Source: Azolla caroliniana (lineage: Eukaryota; Plantae; Polypodiophyta). Taken from it: a stretch of DNA of 64,000 nucleotides. Every line of letters starts with the position of its first letter. Within the stretch, counting starts at the first letter, position 1. The stretch is from positions 15,128,001 through 15,192,000 of the forward strand of contig JBHGNT010000014.1 of the NCBI GenBank assembly GCA_043228905.1, given 5' to 3'. The translations under genes were made by a program, and so were the position numbers. A model generated the notes under the pieces. It saw nothing but the letters and a program-made list of their open reading frames with translations. It did no database searches and was not told the origin of the DNA. Positions 35,801 to 50,700 of this stretch are shown in pieces.

Positions 35801-36808
35801 GAAGGAGTAGACTTCCTGATACTCCTTCTGTATGTGGATGACATGTTGATCGTCGGACGGGACCAAGTCAAAATACGAATGCTGAAGAAGGCTCTCAACC
35901 AGACCTTCTCAATGAAAGACTTGGGTCCGGCAAGACAGATGTTGGGGATGCACGTCATTCGGGACCGGTCAATGAAGCAATTATGGTTGTCACAGGAGAA
36001 GTATGTGACAAAGGTGCTTCACCGGTTCAACATGTCAGAGGCGAAACCGGTCGGATCGACACTTCCGGCAAACTGCAGGCTATCCGGTAAGCAAAGCCCT
36101 AAGACGAAAGCAGAGAAGGTGGATATGATGAAGATTCCATATGCCTCTGCCGTCGGGAGCTTGATGTACGCAATGGTTTGTACCCGATCGGACATAGGAT
36201 ACGCAGTCGGAGTGGTGAGCCGGTTTATGAGCAATCCCGGCAAGGAGCACTGGAACGCGGTCAAGTGGATACTCCGGTATTTGAAGGGCACTTCAAATAT
36301 GTGTCTCTGATTCGGCTCCGGAAAACCTCAACTAGATGGTTTCACCGATTCGGACATGTCGGCTGATGTGGATACCAGCCGGTCTACATCCGGGTATGTA
36401 ATGACATATGCAGGGGGAGTTGTTTCGTGGCAGTCGAGGCTGCAGAAGACGGTTGCATTGTCAACCACAGAGGCGGAGTACATGGCGGCTGTGGAAGCCG
36501 GCAAGGAAATATTATGGATGAAGGACTTCATCGGAGAGCTCGGTATCCGGCAAGAGGAATACCGACTCTATTGTGACAGTCAAAGTGTCATCCACCTTGC
36601 TAACAATGCGGCCTACCATTCTCGGACGAAGCATATCCAGCGAAGACATCACTGGATCCGGGAAAGAGTAGATGACCAGGAGTTCGCGCTGACGAAGATC
36701 CACACGACCGAGAAGGGATCAGATATGCTGACCAAAGTTCTGATACCCGACAAGCTGGATGCATGGCGGAAGCGGATCAGACTGATCAGAAACCCCATGC
36801 CGGAGTGA
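32900..36808 (+). pseudogene. Copia gag-pol, single frame with three nonsense codons (33362, 33815, 36308) and in-frame deletions
   Basis: CFYCGKPGHFQKNC, VDSGASFH, VHTDVC, RADNGGEY, QLDVKTAFL, LYVDDML, ALSTTEAEY. Confidence 0.95.
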
Positions 36809-39446
36809 AGGGGGAGTTTGTTGGGAGACAGGTCCTTCCGGATGGGAAGGGAGAAGAACAGTGCTGATGGAAACCGGATGAGGAGTACCCGGCTACGGAG
36901 AGCCGGATGGTGCAGGCCCGGTGTGAACCGGATGAGGAGTACCCGGCTACGGAGAGCCGTATGGTGCAGGCCCGGTGTGAACCAGATGAAGAGTACCCGG
37001 CTACGGAGAGCCGGATGGTGCAGAACCGGTGAGAACCGGATGAGGAGCACCCGGCTGCGGAGAGCCGGATGACGCAGACCCGGTGCGAACCAGAGGAAGA
37101 GACATATTCGTAAATATGTTTCTGAGAGTCCATCGAGGCTACATTTGTAAATAGCCCAAAAGTCATATTAGTATAAATATGACTTAGGGCAAACTTTTAG
37201 TGTGTTGTTGTTGTCATTTTCTTGTTGGTGCAAGAAGTAGAGAGAGCACGTGACAATGTACAGAGAGAGAGAGAGAAAGAGGTCGCTACCTCTGATGTAA
37301 TCGCCGCATGTGGCGAAGATCGTGAGCACGAGGTTGTTGCCTTCGTGAACTCACTGTTTTGTACATTCCAACTTAGTGATAGTTTGCAGCCTGTGGGCTG
37401 CCGTGGTTTTTTCCCTCTTTGGGTTTTTTCCACGTAAACATTCTGTGTACCCTTTTCTCTCCTTTGTGTCGCGTGTTTTTCGTTTCTTGTTTCCTATGTA
37501 TGAAAAGAAGCTCGGTTGTGGCCGAGCGTTGTGTATAAGGAGCGTTGAGTTCCCATCATGACATATGTGTTCATAATTATCTAGCTTAACCATCAAGCCA
37601 TTATTGGTTTGTTATATTTAACATTCAATATTACTTAATGATAAATGCATGTAGTATATCCATACAAAAGTAGTATGCATGCAAAGTACATGTGTGACAA
37701 GTGTTGCTTATGCAAAAGTCCTTCACAACTATAAAAGAAGGTTAGAGGGTCTTATTAAGATAGAGTTTTGAGTGGAGCATAGTCATATGTGCAAGAGTTC
37801 TTCCTGTCTACATTGTATACACATCCAAGTTTCATTCTTAAATTATAATAGCTTGATTCTTCCCTCTATATCTACATCATTTGTTTATGTCTATGTTCCT
37901 ATTTCTGTACATTTATGTTATTTGTAACTAAGCTTGGGAGCCTATTACGTGTTTTGTCGTGCATATGGAGCTTCCAAAACTCTAACAAGTGGTATCAAAG
38001 CCACCATTAAAGTTTAAACATGACGGAGATCTCATCGCAAGTGGAGAAACTTGACAAAGGCAACTACCAACCGTGGAAGTTCCATATGAGGAACTATCTG
38101 ATTGGCAAAGACATGTGGGGATTCGTTACGGGAGCTATAGAGCAACCGAGAGTTCCTGATCAAAGTTCAAAGAAAACTGAAATCGATGCTTATAATCAAT
38201 GTAATACAAAGGATAAGATGGTAACTTTTATTTGTCCCAAAACATTTCAAATTCTATGATAGAACATATACAAGATTTAAAAACCTCAAGGGAAGTATGG
38301 AATAATCTTGAAAGATTATACACATCAACAACAAAAGCACAAAAGATTCAACTTAAAAATGAGTTGAACAATTTAAAAAAATCACCGTCGATGATGGTGA
38401 ATGATTATGTTTTGAAGATTAAAAATGTTTCAGATGCACTAGCCTCAATAAGTAGTGTTGTTTATAATATGATGATCTTGTAGCATTTTGTCTAAATGGT
38501 TTAAGGGAGGATGACAAGTGGAAGTCTTTCATCACATCAGTATATGTAAGAGACACTTTGCCTAATTTTGATCAACTTGCTTCTCTTATGATAACGGAGG
38601 AGTTGAATCTACAAGGTTCGCCATCAAGGTCGAATCAATCTCAAGTGTTTTATACAGGCTCACGAGGAAGAGGTAGAAATAGTAAAAATAGTGGTAGAGG
38701 AAGAGATCGTTCTCAACAACATCAAAGCAATGAATGTTGCAAAAGGAGAAAGAAAAGGAAGGTTGTTTACAATGGATATAAATAATATTAATACTCACAA
38801 AATGTGTTTCACCCATAATAATGATAAGGTTGCTGAAATAGACTTGTGGCATAAGAGGATAGGCCATGCCAATTTTCAAAAGTTGAAAAGCATGCAAGCT
38901 AATGAAATTGTTTATGGTTTGCCTACATTTAAAGATCAAAGTTTGCACTATGTGTGTGAGGCTTGTCAATTTGGAAAACAAGCTCAATTGCCTTTCAAAA
39001 GAGACATGTATATGAGTAGCTATGTGTTGCAATTGGTCCATTCAGATGTATGGGGACCAACAAGAGGAACATCCCATGGAGGTAATCGTTATTATGTAAG
39101 TTTTATTGATGATTACTCAAGGAAGACATGGGTCTACGTCATGAAGAATAAGTAGGATGTGTTTTATTATTTTAAGATATATAAAAGTCAAGTCGAAAAA
39201 GAGGTGAATGCCCAAATTCAAATACTAAGGTTAGATGGAGGGGGAGAGTATTTTTGTAATGAGTTTTCTAATTTTTTGATTGAAAATGGCATTAGAAGAC
39301 AATTTCCATGTAGTTATACACCTCAACAGAATGGTGTCGTTGAAAGGAAAAATAGAGTGATTGTTGAAGTAGCACGATCAATGTTGAATGAGAAGTAGAT
39401 GCCACATTCATTTTGGCCAGATGCAATATCTACTACTATGTATTTA

Positions 39447-42400
39447 TGTTGGGAAGTAGGTCCCTCCAGATGGGATCCGGCTATGAATGAAGAGGACCCA
39501 GTGAGAACCAGAAGACAAGACATATTTGTAAATATGTTTTGAGTAAGCCTATTGAGGCTATATTTGTAAATAGCCCTAAGTTCATATGAGTATAAATATG
39601 ACATAAGGCAATCACAGAAGTAGGGAGTTGTCATATTGTTGTATGTGCATAACTGTTGTATAGAGAGAGAGAGATACATAGCGATACTTTGTTGTAACCG
39701 CCGCTTGACGAAGATACAGATCTCGAGTTTGTTGCCTCTGAGTCTCTAATTGTACCTTTCTTATATAGTGATAGTTTAGAGTCTGTGGGCTCCCGTGGTT
39801 TTTCCCTATTAGGGTTTTCCACGTAAACATCTTGTGTACTCTCTATTGTTTGTGTGTGTACGTGTACTAATCTCCAACTCCATTTCTGTGTTTGATTCTC
39901 ATCGAAGTTATTCAAGACTCGGTTGTGATCGAGCAATATTCTGCACTATTCCCTTCAAACTGGTATTAGAGCAAACAACACAAGAAATGGAAGAATCATA
40001 TGGCGGCATGTTCAAGCTCACCGGCTCCAACTACTCAATGTGGAAGTCGAAGATGAGGGATATGCTGGTGGTTAAAGATCTTTGGTTCCCGGTTCAGTTC
40101 AGGGACAGGAGACCAGATAAGATCGACGCCAAAGTGTGGGAAGTGATGCACATGAAGACGACGGCATACATCCGGTGCTTCATCGACATAAGCATGTACA
40201 ACACTTTCAATGAAGAGAGCAAGGCTCATGAACTTTGGGAGAAGATCGGCTTCATGTTCTAGAACAAGAATGTTGTTAATCGGGTTTCGGTATTCCGGAA
40301 GCTAGTGAGACTCCGGTACCAAGACGGCTCCAGTATAGCGGAGCACATGAATGCCTTCCAGGGATTGATAAACCAGGCAACTTCGTTGGAAGTACCTCTC
40401 GCCGATGAGGTACTCAAATTACTCCTGCTCGGTTCCCTCCCGGATAGTTGGGAAACGCTAGTTGTCATGTTCGGCAACGCCGGGCCGAAAGGAAAACAGT
40501 TGTCCCTAACAAGGGTAAATACAAGCTTGCTAGATGAAGAAGCTCACCGAAAGGACTGAGAGTCCGGAACCGATCTGAAGGACTTGGTTACCGAAGATGA
40601 CCACAACTGGGGAAGAGGCCAGTGTCGGAGTCCCCAAAACCGGGACAAATTGGGGACGAGGTCGAAGTCAAGGGGGAGGCCCATTTGCTTCTACTGTGGG
40701 AAGCCAGGGCACTTCCAGAAGAACTGTCGGCATTTCCAGAAAGACAAAGGAACCGACAGTGCCGATTCGAAGAAGGGTTCGGACCGGAAAGGCTCGGATT
40801 GGAAAGGAACATTTGCGATTGCGACAAGTGAAGAAGAACTGATGCTCATTACCGAGGAGAATGAGTTAAACCTTGTCGGCGATGAGACAACATGGGTTGT
40901 CGATTCCAGAGCATCGTTCCATCTTACACCGGACCGGAGATTCTTTTCATCCTACACAGCCGGAGATCATGGTTGTGTCCGGATGGGGAATGAAGGTACA
41001 TGCCGAATTGTCGGCATAGGAGATGTGTTGTTGATGACATCAACTTGATGCAAATTACTGCTAAAAGAAGTTCAACATGTTCCGAAGGTTCGGTTGAACC
41101 TAATATCAGCCAGTCGGCTAGATGATGAAGGTTACACAGGTAGCATCTAGAACGGAGTCATGAAATTCAGCAAAGGAAGCCTGATTGCGGCTCGAGCCTG
41201 GAAGATCAACACGTTGTACTTGATGCAAGCCTGGATATGCCAGGAAGAAGTGAACGTAGCATCCGACACTACCGGTGAATTGTGGCACAAGAGAGTGTGT
41301 CATATGAGCCAGAAGGGATGAGAAGACTTGCAGAAGACAACCTCATTCCGGAGGTGAAAGATGTGCATCTTGAGAAGTGCATCGATTGCTTGGGTGGCAA
41401 GCAAAACCGAAACTCCTCCCGGTCAAAACCATCGATGAGACAGAATGCACCACTAGAGCCGGTGCATACCAATGTGTGTCAAGTGGACACGAAGACACAT
41501 GCCAGATCATAGTACTTCGTGACGTTCATAGACGACCACAACCGGAAGTTGTGGGTCTCACCGCTGAAGACAAAGGATCAGGTGTTGTCCATCTTCAAGG
41601 AGCTCCACGCGAGAGTGGAAAGAGAAACCGGCCCGAAGCTGAAGGTGGTTCGAGCAGATAATGGAGGAGAATACCGGGGTTAGTTCGAGGAGTGCTACCG
41701 GTCGAAGGGAATCCGGCTTGAATTCACCGTGATGAAGACGCCGGAATTGAACGGGTTGGCCGAACGGAAGAACCGGACCGTGATGGAGAGAGTCTGAAGC
41801 ATGCTGGCACATGCAAAGTTACCCAAGACGTTTTGGGCTCAGGCACTGATGACGGTGACCTACGTGATAAACCAATCACCCTCAATCCCCTTGGATGGAG
41901 ACACAACACAAAGAGTATGGACTGGTAAGGACGTGTCTTACCGACATCTGAAGGTGTTTGGGTGTCTCGCATATGTGCCTGTTGCAAAGGACAAGAGAGC
42001 AAAGCTGGATCTGAAGTCTGGACCATGCATATTCCTTGGATACGGCGATGATGAGTTCGGTTATCGGGTGTGGGATCTGGTTGACAAGAAGGTGTTCTAG
42101 AGTCGGGATATAGTCTTCATGGAAGACAGGACCATTGTCGACTGGGAGTCGGAGAAGAAGAAGATGAACTCTAGATCATCCAATGAAAACCGGTTTGAGG
42201 ACACAAGGACCTACCCAGTTGAAAACCGGATGTTGGCCGGCAACCGGATGACACTCGACGAACCGGCTGGATACGGACAAGAAACCGAACCGATCGAAGA
42301 GGAAGAAGAAGAAGTCACCGGAACCAGACAAGATCCCGAATCAGATTCAGATGAGGAACAAACAGAGGAACCAGTAGTCAGAAACCAAGTACGGAGATAT

Positions 42401-45335
42401 CCTCTCCGAGAGAGAGGAGCCCCCCGGAGATTTTCGGATGCAGAGCACATATTGCTGACCGATGAGGGGGAGTTGGAAAGCTTCGAAGAAGCAAAGAAAG
42501 ACACCCACATCCGCAAGTGGTTGAGTGCCATGCAGGACGAGATGGATTCCCTACATGAGAACCACATGTATGAACTGATGGAGTTGCCAAAAGGAAAGAG
42601 AGCACTTCGGAACAAGTGGGTGTACAAGCTAAAACCAGGAGATGCCGGAAACCCACCAAGATAAAAAGCCCGGATCGTGGTGAAGGGGTTCGGGCAGAAA
42701 AAAGGAGTGGATTTCGACGAGATCTTTGACCCGGTAGTTAAGATGACTTCCATCCGAACGGTGCTGAGCATAGCGGCAAGCATGGACCTCGAGGTAGAGC
42801 AACTAGACGTAAAGACAGTGTTCCTCCATGGTGACCTCCAAGAGGAGATCTACATGCAGCAGCCAGAAGGATTTGTGAAGAAAGGGAAGGAGCATTTGGT
42901 GTGTCGGTTGAAGAAGAGCTTATACGGACTGAAGCAAGCTCCCCCGGCAATGGTACCAGAAGTTCGACTCCTTCATGACCGACCAAGGGTACCACAAGAC
43001 GCAAGCCGATCAATGCGTGTTTGTGAAGAAATTTGACGGAGGAGATTTTGTGATACTCCTATATGTGGATGATATGTTGATCGTCGGATGAGACCAAGAC
43101 AAGATTTGGATGTTGAAGAAGGCTCTGAATAGGGACCTTCTCAATGAAAGACATGGGTCCAGCAAGATAGATATTGGGAATGCACATCATCTGGGACTGG
43201 TGGAAGAAGTTGTTGTGGTTGTCACAGGAGAAGTACGTGACAAAGGTGCTTCAACGGTTTAACATGTCACAGGCAAAACCAGTCGGATTGACACTTCTGG
43301 CAAACTACAAGCTATCCGGAAAACAAAGCTCGAGGACAAAGGCAGAGAAGACGGATATGATGAAGATACTGTTGGGAGACAGGTCCCTCCGGATGGGAAG
43401 GGAGAAGAACAGTGCCGACGAACAATCTCGCCCGAGGCCGAAACCGGAAGAGGAGTACCCGGCTACGGAGAGCCGGATGGTGCAGACCCGGTGTGAACCG
43501 GATGAGGAGTACCCGGCCACGGAGAGCCGGATGGTGCAGACCCGGTGTGAACCGGATGAGGAGTACCCGGCTACGGAGAGCCGGATGGTGCAGGCCCGGT
43601 GAGAACCGGATGAGTAGTACCCGGCTATGGAGAGCCGGAGACGCAGACCCGGTGAGAACCGGAGGAAGAGACATATCCGTAAATATGTTTCTGAGAGCCC
43701 ATCGAGGCTATATTTGTAAATAACCGAAAAGTCATATTAGTATAAATATGAATTAGGGCAAATATGTGTTGTGGTTGTTGTCATTTTCTTGTTGGTGCAA
43801 GAAGAAGAGAGAGCACATAACAGTGTTCAGAGAGAGAGAGAGAAAGAGGTCGCTGCCTCTGTTGTAACCGCCGCCTGTGGTGAAGATCGTGAGTACGAGG
43901 TCATTGCCTTCGTGAACTCACTGTTTTGTACATTCCAACATAGTGATAGTTTGCAGCCTGTGGGCTGCCGTGGTTTTTCCCTCTTTGGGTTTTCCACGTA
44001 AACATTCTGTGTACCTTTTCTCTCCTTTGTGTCGCGTGCATTTGTTTCCCGTTTTCTGTGTATGAGCCTAAGCTCGGTTGTGGCCGAGCGTTGTGCATAA
44101 GGAGCGTTGAGTTCCCGTCAGATACCATATGCTTCTGCTGTCGGGAGCTTGATGTACGCGATGGTATGTACCCGGTCAGATATCGGATATGCAATCGGAG
44201 GGGTAAACTGGTTCATGAGCAATCCCGAATGAGAGCACAGGAATGCGGCAAAGTGTTGATGTTTTTGTTCATTCGTGACATAAAGTGGGTACTTCGGTAT
44301 TTGAAAGGCACCTCGAGTATGTGCCTCCGATTCGGCTCTGGTAAACCCCTCTTGGAAGGCTTCACCGATTTGAATATGTTGGATGATGCGGATACCAGCC
44401 GGTCTACATCCGGATATGTCATGACTTATGCAAGGGGATCTGTTTCGTGGCAGTCGAGGCTGCAGAAGACAATTGCGTTGTCAACCACGGAGGCAGACTA
44501 CATGGCAGCTGTGGAAGTTGACAAGGAAATAATCAGGATGAAGGACTTCATCGGAGAGCTAGGGATCCTACAGGCTGCGACAGTCAAAGTGTCATCCACC
44601 TTGCAAGGAATGTGGCCTACCATTCCCAAACGAAACATATCCAATAGAGGTACCACTGGATCCGGGAGAGAGTAGAAGATCAAGAGTTCGTGCTGATGAA
44701 GATCCACAAGGAGGAGAATGGGCCGGATATGCTAACCAAGGTGTTGACAATCGACAAGTTGGACGTTTGCCAAAAGCGGATCAGGTTGATGAGATATCCC
44801 ATGCCGGAGTGAAGGGAGAGATTGTTGGGAAGTAGGTCCCTCCGGATAGGATCCGGTTATGAATGAAGAGGACCCTGTGAGAACCGGAACAGAAGACATA
44901 TTTGTAAATATGTTTTGAGTAAGCCTATTGAGGTTATATTTGTAAATAGCCCTAAGTTCATATGAGTAAAAATATGACCTAAGGCAATCACAGATATAGG
45001 GAGTTGTCATATTGTTGTATGTGCATAACTGTTGTATATATATAGAGAGAGATACAAAGCAATACTCTATTGCAACCGCCGTTTGGCGAAGATATAGAGC
45101 TCGAGGTTGTTGCGTCCAAGTCTCTGATTGTACCTTTCTTATGTAGTGATAGTTTGGGGTCTGTGGGCTCCCGTGGTTTTTCCCTATTAGGGTTTTCCAC
45201 GTAAACATCCTGTGTACTCTCTATTGTTTGTGTGTGTATGTGTACTAATCTCCCACCCCATTTCTGTGTTTGATTCTCATCAAAATGATTCAAGAATCAG
45301 TTGTGGCCGAGCAATATTCCGCGCTATTCCCTTCA
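39447..45335 (+). mobile_element. Full-length degenerate copia element (family-T-like coding region, shorter ~512-bp LTR variant)
   Basis: LTRs 39447-39957 and 44823-45335; PBS TGGTATTAGAGC at 39961; TSD ATTTA/ATGTA; gag-pol 39988-44812 with many stops. Confidence 0.93.
43370..44120 (+). mobile_element. Solo LTR of copia family T
   Basis: TGTTGGGAG...CCCGTCA; perfect TSD GATAC (43365-43369, 44121-44125); the host RT frame resumes. Confidence 0.95.
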
Positions 45336-47456
45336 ATGTAATAAACAGTTGTCCAACTGTAGGAATACATGCATTGACTCTTGAAGAAATATGGTGTGGT
45401 AAGAAACCAGATTTGTCATTTAAGAATATTTGGATGCATTTGTTATGTACATGTGCCTAGTGAGGTAAGATCAAAATTGGATGCCAAATCTGAAAAGTGT
45501 ATCTTTATTGGTTACTCTTTGGAACAAAAGGGTTATTGTTGTTATAATCCAATAACCAAGGAGTTAAGAATAAGTAGAGATGTAGTATTTGATGAAATGG
45601 CATCATGGTATGTGCAATCTAATAGTTTACATGTAGAAGAATTCATTGTTGATGAAAATAGAAAGGAAGATCAAGAGAAGTCACAAGAAAGTATAAACTT
45701 GAGTGGTCCGTGTACTTCAAGTCTTTCCACATCAATAAAGGAAGTAAGTCCATGCATTAGCAAGTTCAAAAAGTCCACGACTAACACAATGGAAAGTACA
45801 AACAAAGGAAAAGAAAAAGTTGATGATGAAGAATTATGGGTTGAAAGCTTGAACAAGGATGGAAGTAATGAACAAGATCAAGATAGCGAACTTCGACGTT
45901 CAACAAGAGTAAGACATCCGGTACAAAGAGTAAGACAAAGAGTAAGATTCTTTTATGGTTAATCATTTTGCATATATGTCACAAGTGATTAAAGTAGAAG
46001 AGCCATCTAACTTTGAAGAAGCAAAAAAGAAACAAGAATGGCAGGAAGCAATGGATGAGGAGATGCTAGCCTTATGTGAAAATGGTACTTGGACGTTGGT
46101 GCCGAGAAATAAAGAAATCAAGCCAATTGGATGTAAGTGGGTTTATAAAATTAAGCATAATTCAAATGGTACTATCGTGAGATACAAAGCAAGGTTAGTT
46201 GTGAAAGGTTACGCTTAGAAGTATGGGTTTGACTATGAGGAAACCTTTAGTCCGATAGCAAAAATGACAACTATTAGAACTTTGTTAGCAATTGCGGCCG
46301 CAAAGAAATGGAAATTGTATCAGCTAGATGTAAAGAATGCATTCCTTAATGGTGATTTAGAAGAAGAAATATATGTGGAGCAACCACAAGGTTATGTGCA
46401 CCTAGATTATCCAGATTATGTGTGTAAGTTGGAGAAGGCTTTATATGGTTTAAATCAGGCACCTAGAGCTTGGTATCACAAGTTGGTTCTATGCTTGATG
46501 AAGCAAGAATTCAAAGAGTTAGATGCAGATCCATCGCTATTTGTCAAATGCAAAGGTAATGAAATTGTGGTGATTTGCATTTATGCCGATGACCTAATCA
46601 TAACAAGTGATAATGAAGAATGCATTAATGATATTAATGCAAAGTTGAAATCAGAATTTAAGATTTCAAATCTAGGTGAATTAAGATATTTTCTAGGTAT
46701 TGAGATTATAAGGAAAAAGGAGGGATTATGCTTGTCACAAAGGAAATATATCTTAGATATGTTACAAAAATTTGGTATGCTTGCATGTAAGCCACTACAA
46801 TTACCTGTGGACGCCAATGCAAAATTTAAAGTAGATGAAGGTGAGAAGATCAAAGATGAACATTTATATAGAAGTGTAATAGGGTCTCTTATCTATGTGC
46901 CTATCACAAGACCAGACATAGTGCATATAGTTGGTGTGTTCTCATAGTTTATGCAAGAACTAATTGTTGTTCACTTGAATGCTGCTAGAAGAATTCTAAG
47001 ATATTTAAAAGGTACAATTAACTATGGTATGCTTTGTGATTATAATGATGACTTAAGTCCAAGAGGGTATTGTGATGATGATTGGGCTAGTTCATTGCAT
47101 GATAGAAGAAGTGTATCAGGATATGTGTTTATGATAGGTTCCAAAACTATCTCCTGGAGTTCAAAGTAGCAACCCACAATTGCTTTATCATCGACAGAAG
47201 CAGAGTACAGGGCATTGGCAAATGCAACGTGTGAAGCAATGTGGCTAAAAAAGTTGTTTAGAGATTTAAATGTTAAATACAATGACTTCTTAATGTTATC
47301 ATATAGTATGTCTAGTATCTATCTAGCAAAGAATCCAAGATTTCCATGCAAGGAGCAAACACATTGAAGTTCATTATCATTTCATAAGAGAAAAACTGAT
47401 AACCAAAGAAATCCTTTTATTACATGTTAAGACAAGTGATTAAGTTGCAGATCTAT

Positions 47457-47772
47457 TGTTGAGAGACTGGGTGCGTAAAACCATACGCAATATATGGCCG
47501 TGGCGGTATTTAAACCGAAAGGCCGTTAGAACGTTATTCGTCGTAAGGAATAGTTTTGGTAGTTAGTGATAGAAGGCTCATTTATGAGCGGTCAAGTACT
47601 GTCAGTACTTGTGTCAGCTCGATGGTCAGGGCTTGTATAAAAGGTGCTCACTGAGCACGAAATATGTACAGAGAATTATTTTGAATATAGTTTGTAGTTT
47701 CTCTCTCTCTGCCTCTCCCTCTCTTTCTCTGTGATTTCTGTGTTTCAGCGAACTATCGTACTACCAAACCGT
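47457..47772 (+). mobile_element. LTR fragment interrupting the copia RNase H, itself cut by a gypsy LTR
   Basis: Host ...VADL stops abruptly at TGTTGAGAG; TATAAAA at ~47636 followed by a CT tract. Confidence 0.6.
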
Positions 47773-50700
47773 TGTCATGGCGTCGCTTGTCTAGAAGCGT
47801 AGTGTTGCATAAACAAAAGATATCGTGAAAGTGAGGAAGGAATCACTAGGATTATGGATGGAAGAGACGAAAGAGTAGAGATAGAGTAAATAGAGATCAA
47901 CAAGATATGACAAGATAGGATATTGAATGATATTTGAAGGAATAAAAGAGATTTATAATTATTTGATGAAAGAGTTACAAAAGTGGTTGTAAGCGTCGTT
48001 GATCCTTCGAACTTGGTCTCACAAGATAATCGCTCTTCTCTTTCTTGATATTTTTATGAAGATAAGGCTCAAACCACCTCCCTCTTGTTGAGAGTTGACC
48101 ACCACGATCGTTAAGCTAGAGCTCCACCTTTATGTTGAACTTCTTCCTTTCTTTCTCTAATTTATGGTATCTCTTATGTAATATATATTTGATTGATATC
48201 TCATACCTCCCCCCCTTTGATGTTCTCTTTCACCATTTAAATAGGTGCCCCCATGCATATGATGCATTGGAGGGTACAAGTCATGCATGTAGTGCATGAA
48301 ATGCATGTGATGCATGATAAGCATCTTGCTCATTTGAGCTTTCATGTATGGAAAAATATATGGCATAAGAATAAACATGAAAATATAATTTTAAAATCAA
48401 AGGACCTAGCCTAATGGTAGGTGTGTTGATTTTGGTATATGAGGTTGTGGGTTCGAGTCTCTCAAATATTATTGAATACACCATGTAACATCGTTTTTAA
48501 ATCATGAAGCAAATCCTGTATTTTATATATAGAGTAAATGGTAAGATTTGAAAGTCATAGGGTGGGGTTATTGGTTCAAGTCCTCTCTTGTTCGTGTAAT
48601 ATAATATATTTATCTATATATATATATATATATATTATTATTCTTTACATATATATAATATTATCATATGTGTTGTTAATATTATCTTTATATATAAAAC
48701 ATTATCAATGTTATTTTAGTTACGTATTTATCTTATTGTAAAATTTTAATGTGAAGCTTTCGTACTTCACGACATCCACCCCCTGTAGACCTGCACATCC
48801 TCCGGCGTGTGCCACTATCTTTCATCTTCATGTTGATCTATTGGAGGAGGTTCAAGCTCAAACCTTTTCTTAAATACTTTTATCCTCTTTCCAGCTACCA
48901 CGTTTAGGATTAGTGTCCCATCCAATTCACTAAGCTTATAAGTAAAGTTATCATATACTTTTCTTACTATATAAGGCCCAAACCATCTTTCAGCGAACTT
49001 GCGGATGGTGCTATGTTGATTATCTAAACTGCTATCATACACAAGCACCCAATCCCCTTCTTCTATCTTCTTATTTTGAATTCTGTGAGTTTTATCAAAA
49101 CGAATTTTATTCTTCGATCGAGCCTCCTTCAATCGTTGTGCTGCTAATTCGACAACTTCAGGCCGACGTTCTAATTGTTGAATTCGCAAAGCCAACAATT
49201 CTTCTCTGCTCACCTCTTCTCTCCATGGAATAGATATCCATGACATAATTGATTCTTCTACCGGCATGATGGGCTTTTGGCCAAGTATCAATTCAGCTGG
49301 CATGTATCCTGTTACCGAACTATGAGTTGTTCGATCCGCCCATAGTGCATAAGGTAGCATGCATGGCCAATCTCTTATTTTACCTTTACAGCTTTTCATG
49401 ATCGCCTTAACTATTGGGCTATGTCCTCTTTCAATCTTTCCATTGGCTTCTGGATTATACGCAGTTGTAAGTGATAATTTGACCCCTATTCGGCTGAAGA
49501 ATTCTTTAACTGCAATTATTTTACCAACACACCCGTAATGACATATTACATCTTCTAACAAAAATTTACATACAACTCTAGTTGTTTTTAGTCGTAGTGG
49601 TCTTCCTTCTACTTGGTTTGTAAGGTCTTCTCTTGCTAGTACTAAATATCGCATTTGACCTTCCCCAAGTGGCATTGTCACTAGATCGACCATCCATTTA
49701 TAATGCATTGATGATGAATATGTTGGTTTTAGCTCATCTCGATATCGGATAGTTGAATACCTTTGGCAGACCTCACAGGTTTCCACAAATTTCGTTACAT
49801 CTTTATACATATGTGGCCACCAATACTTTTCTTTCAACTTCATAAATGTCGCCCATATGCCTCTATGTCTTGCCCACAAACTATCATGGAATTCATTAAT
49901 TAATTTTCTCTTAATGTCATCCTTACAAATGACTAAAAGAGGATTTTCGGTTGGCCTTTTTGGATGCCTCCATAAATGCCCTTCATGTAAAAAAAACTTT
50001 AATGCTCGTCTTCGAAGTTCATTTAATTGTTTCTTCGACCATGATGGGTTGGCTTCTTGAGTCTTTAGAAAATTTCCTATTTCTAACCATTGACCTTCAT
50101 ACTCCACATCTTTGAACATTATAGTTACATTAAACTCATCATGAGGCTTAATAGGTACTTGATGAGCAACTTGACGGCTTGTAGTTGCCCAATTCTTATC
50201 TTCGACTAGGTTCTCTTGACAACATATCTGCGACTAGGTTCTCTTTGCCCTATATGAGGGTCTTTTAATAATGGGACTATTGCAACCCTCACTCGCAACA
50301 ATCCTAGTCAAAAACCTGATTATCAAAATCATCACAGTCTTTTGGTATTAAATGATCACGAAGTTCTTGTTTGTTCCTCTCATGATTTGGGCGAACTGTC
50401 ATAAATTGTACAGTTCGTCGTCCATCTTGGCTACGGATTTTTGCATAGGCAGAACCATTGTCGAGGACTTCGGTCTCCATCCGTACCGCTGTAATGTATG
50501 GTTGCCCTAGGATAATTGGATAGGTAGATCCTTCTTGCATAACCTCTATATCACCAATAGTAACCTTTACATTTGGGCATGCACCAAATAAATCTTTCGT
50601 GACTGATGTGGCAGCTTTTACTCGCCAACCATGTTGAGTACCAATTGGTCATCTACCTTTCCTGTAAAAATCAGCACTCATTATATTTATTTCAGAACCA

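Larger units (their letters stand above)
32130..37558 (+). mobile_element. Full-length Ty1/copia family-T element
   Basis: 740-bp LTRs 32130-32869 and 36819-37558 (~27 differences by eye); PBS TGGTGTCAGAGC 32872-32883; PPT GAAGGGGGAG; perfect TSD TGACA. Confidence 0.96.
32085..47456 (+). mobile_element. AT-rich, old Ty1/copia element: 5' LTR ~32085-32129 plus 37564-37987, gag/integrase 38020-39446, pol 45341-47456; hosts 32130-37558 and 39447-45335
   Basis: PBS TGGTATCAAAGC at 37990; EKLDKGNYQPWK; LWHKRIGH, HSDVWGP; QLDVKNAFL, YADDLI, RSKHIEVHYHF; knuckle/protease region deleted (~38727); left boundary uncertain; cut at 47457. Confidence 0.85.
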
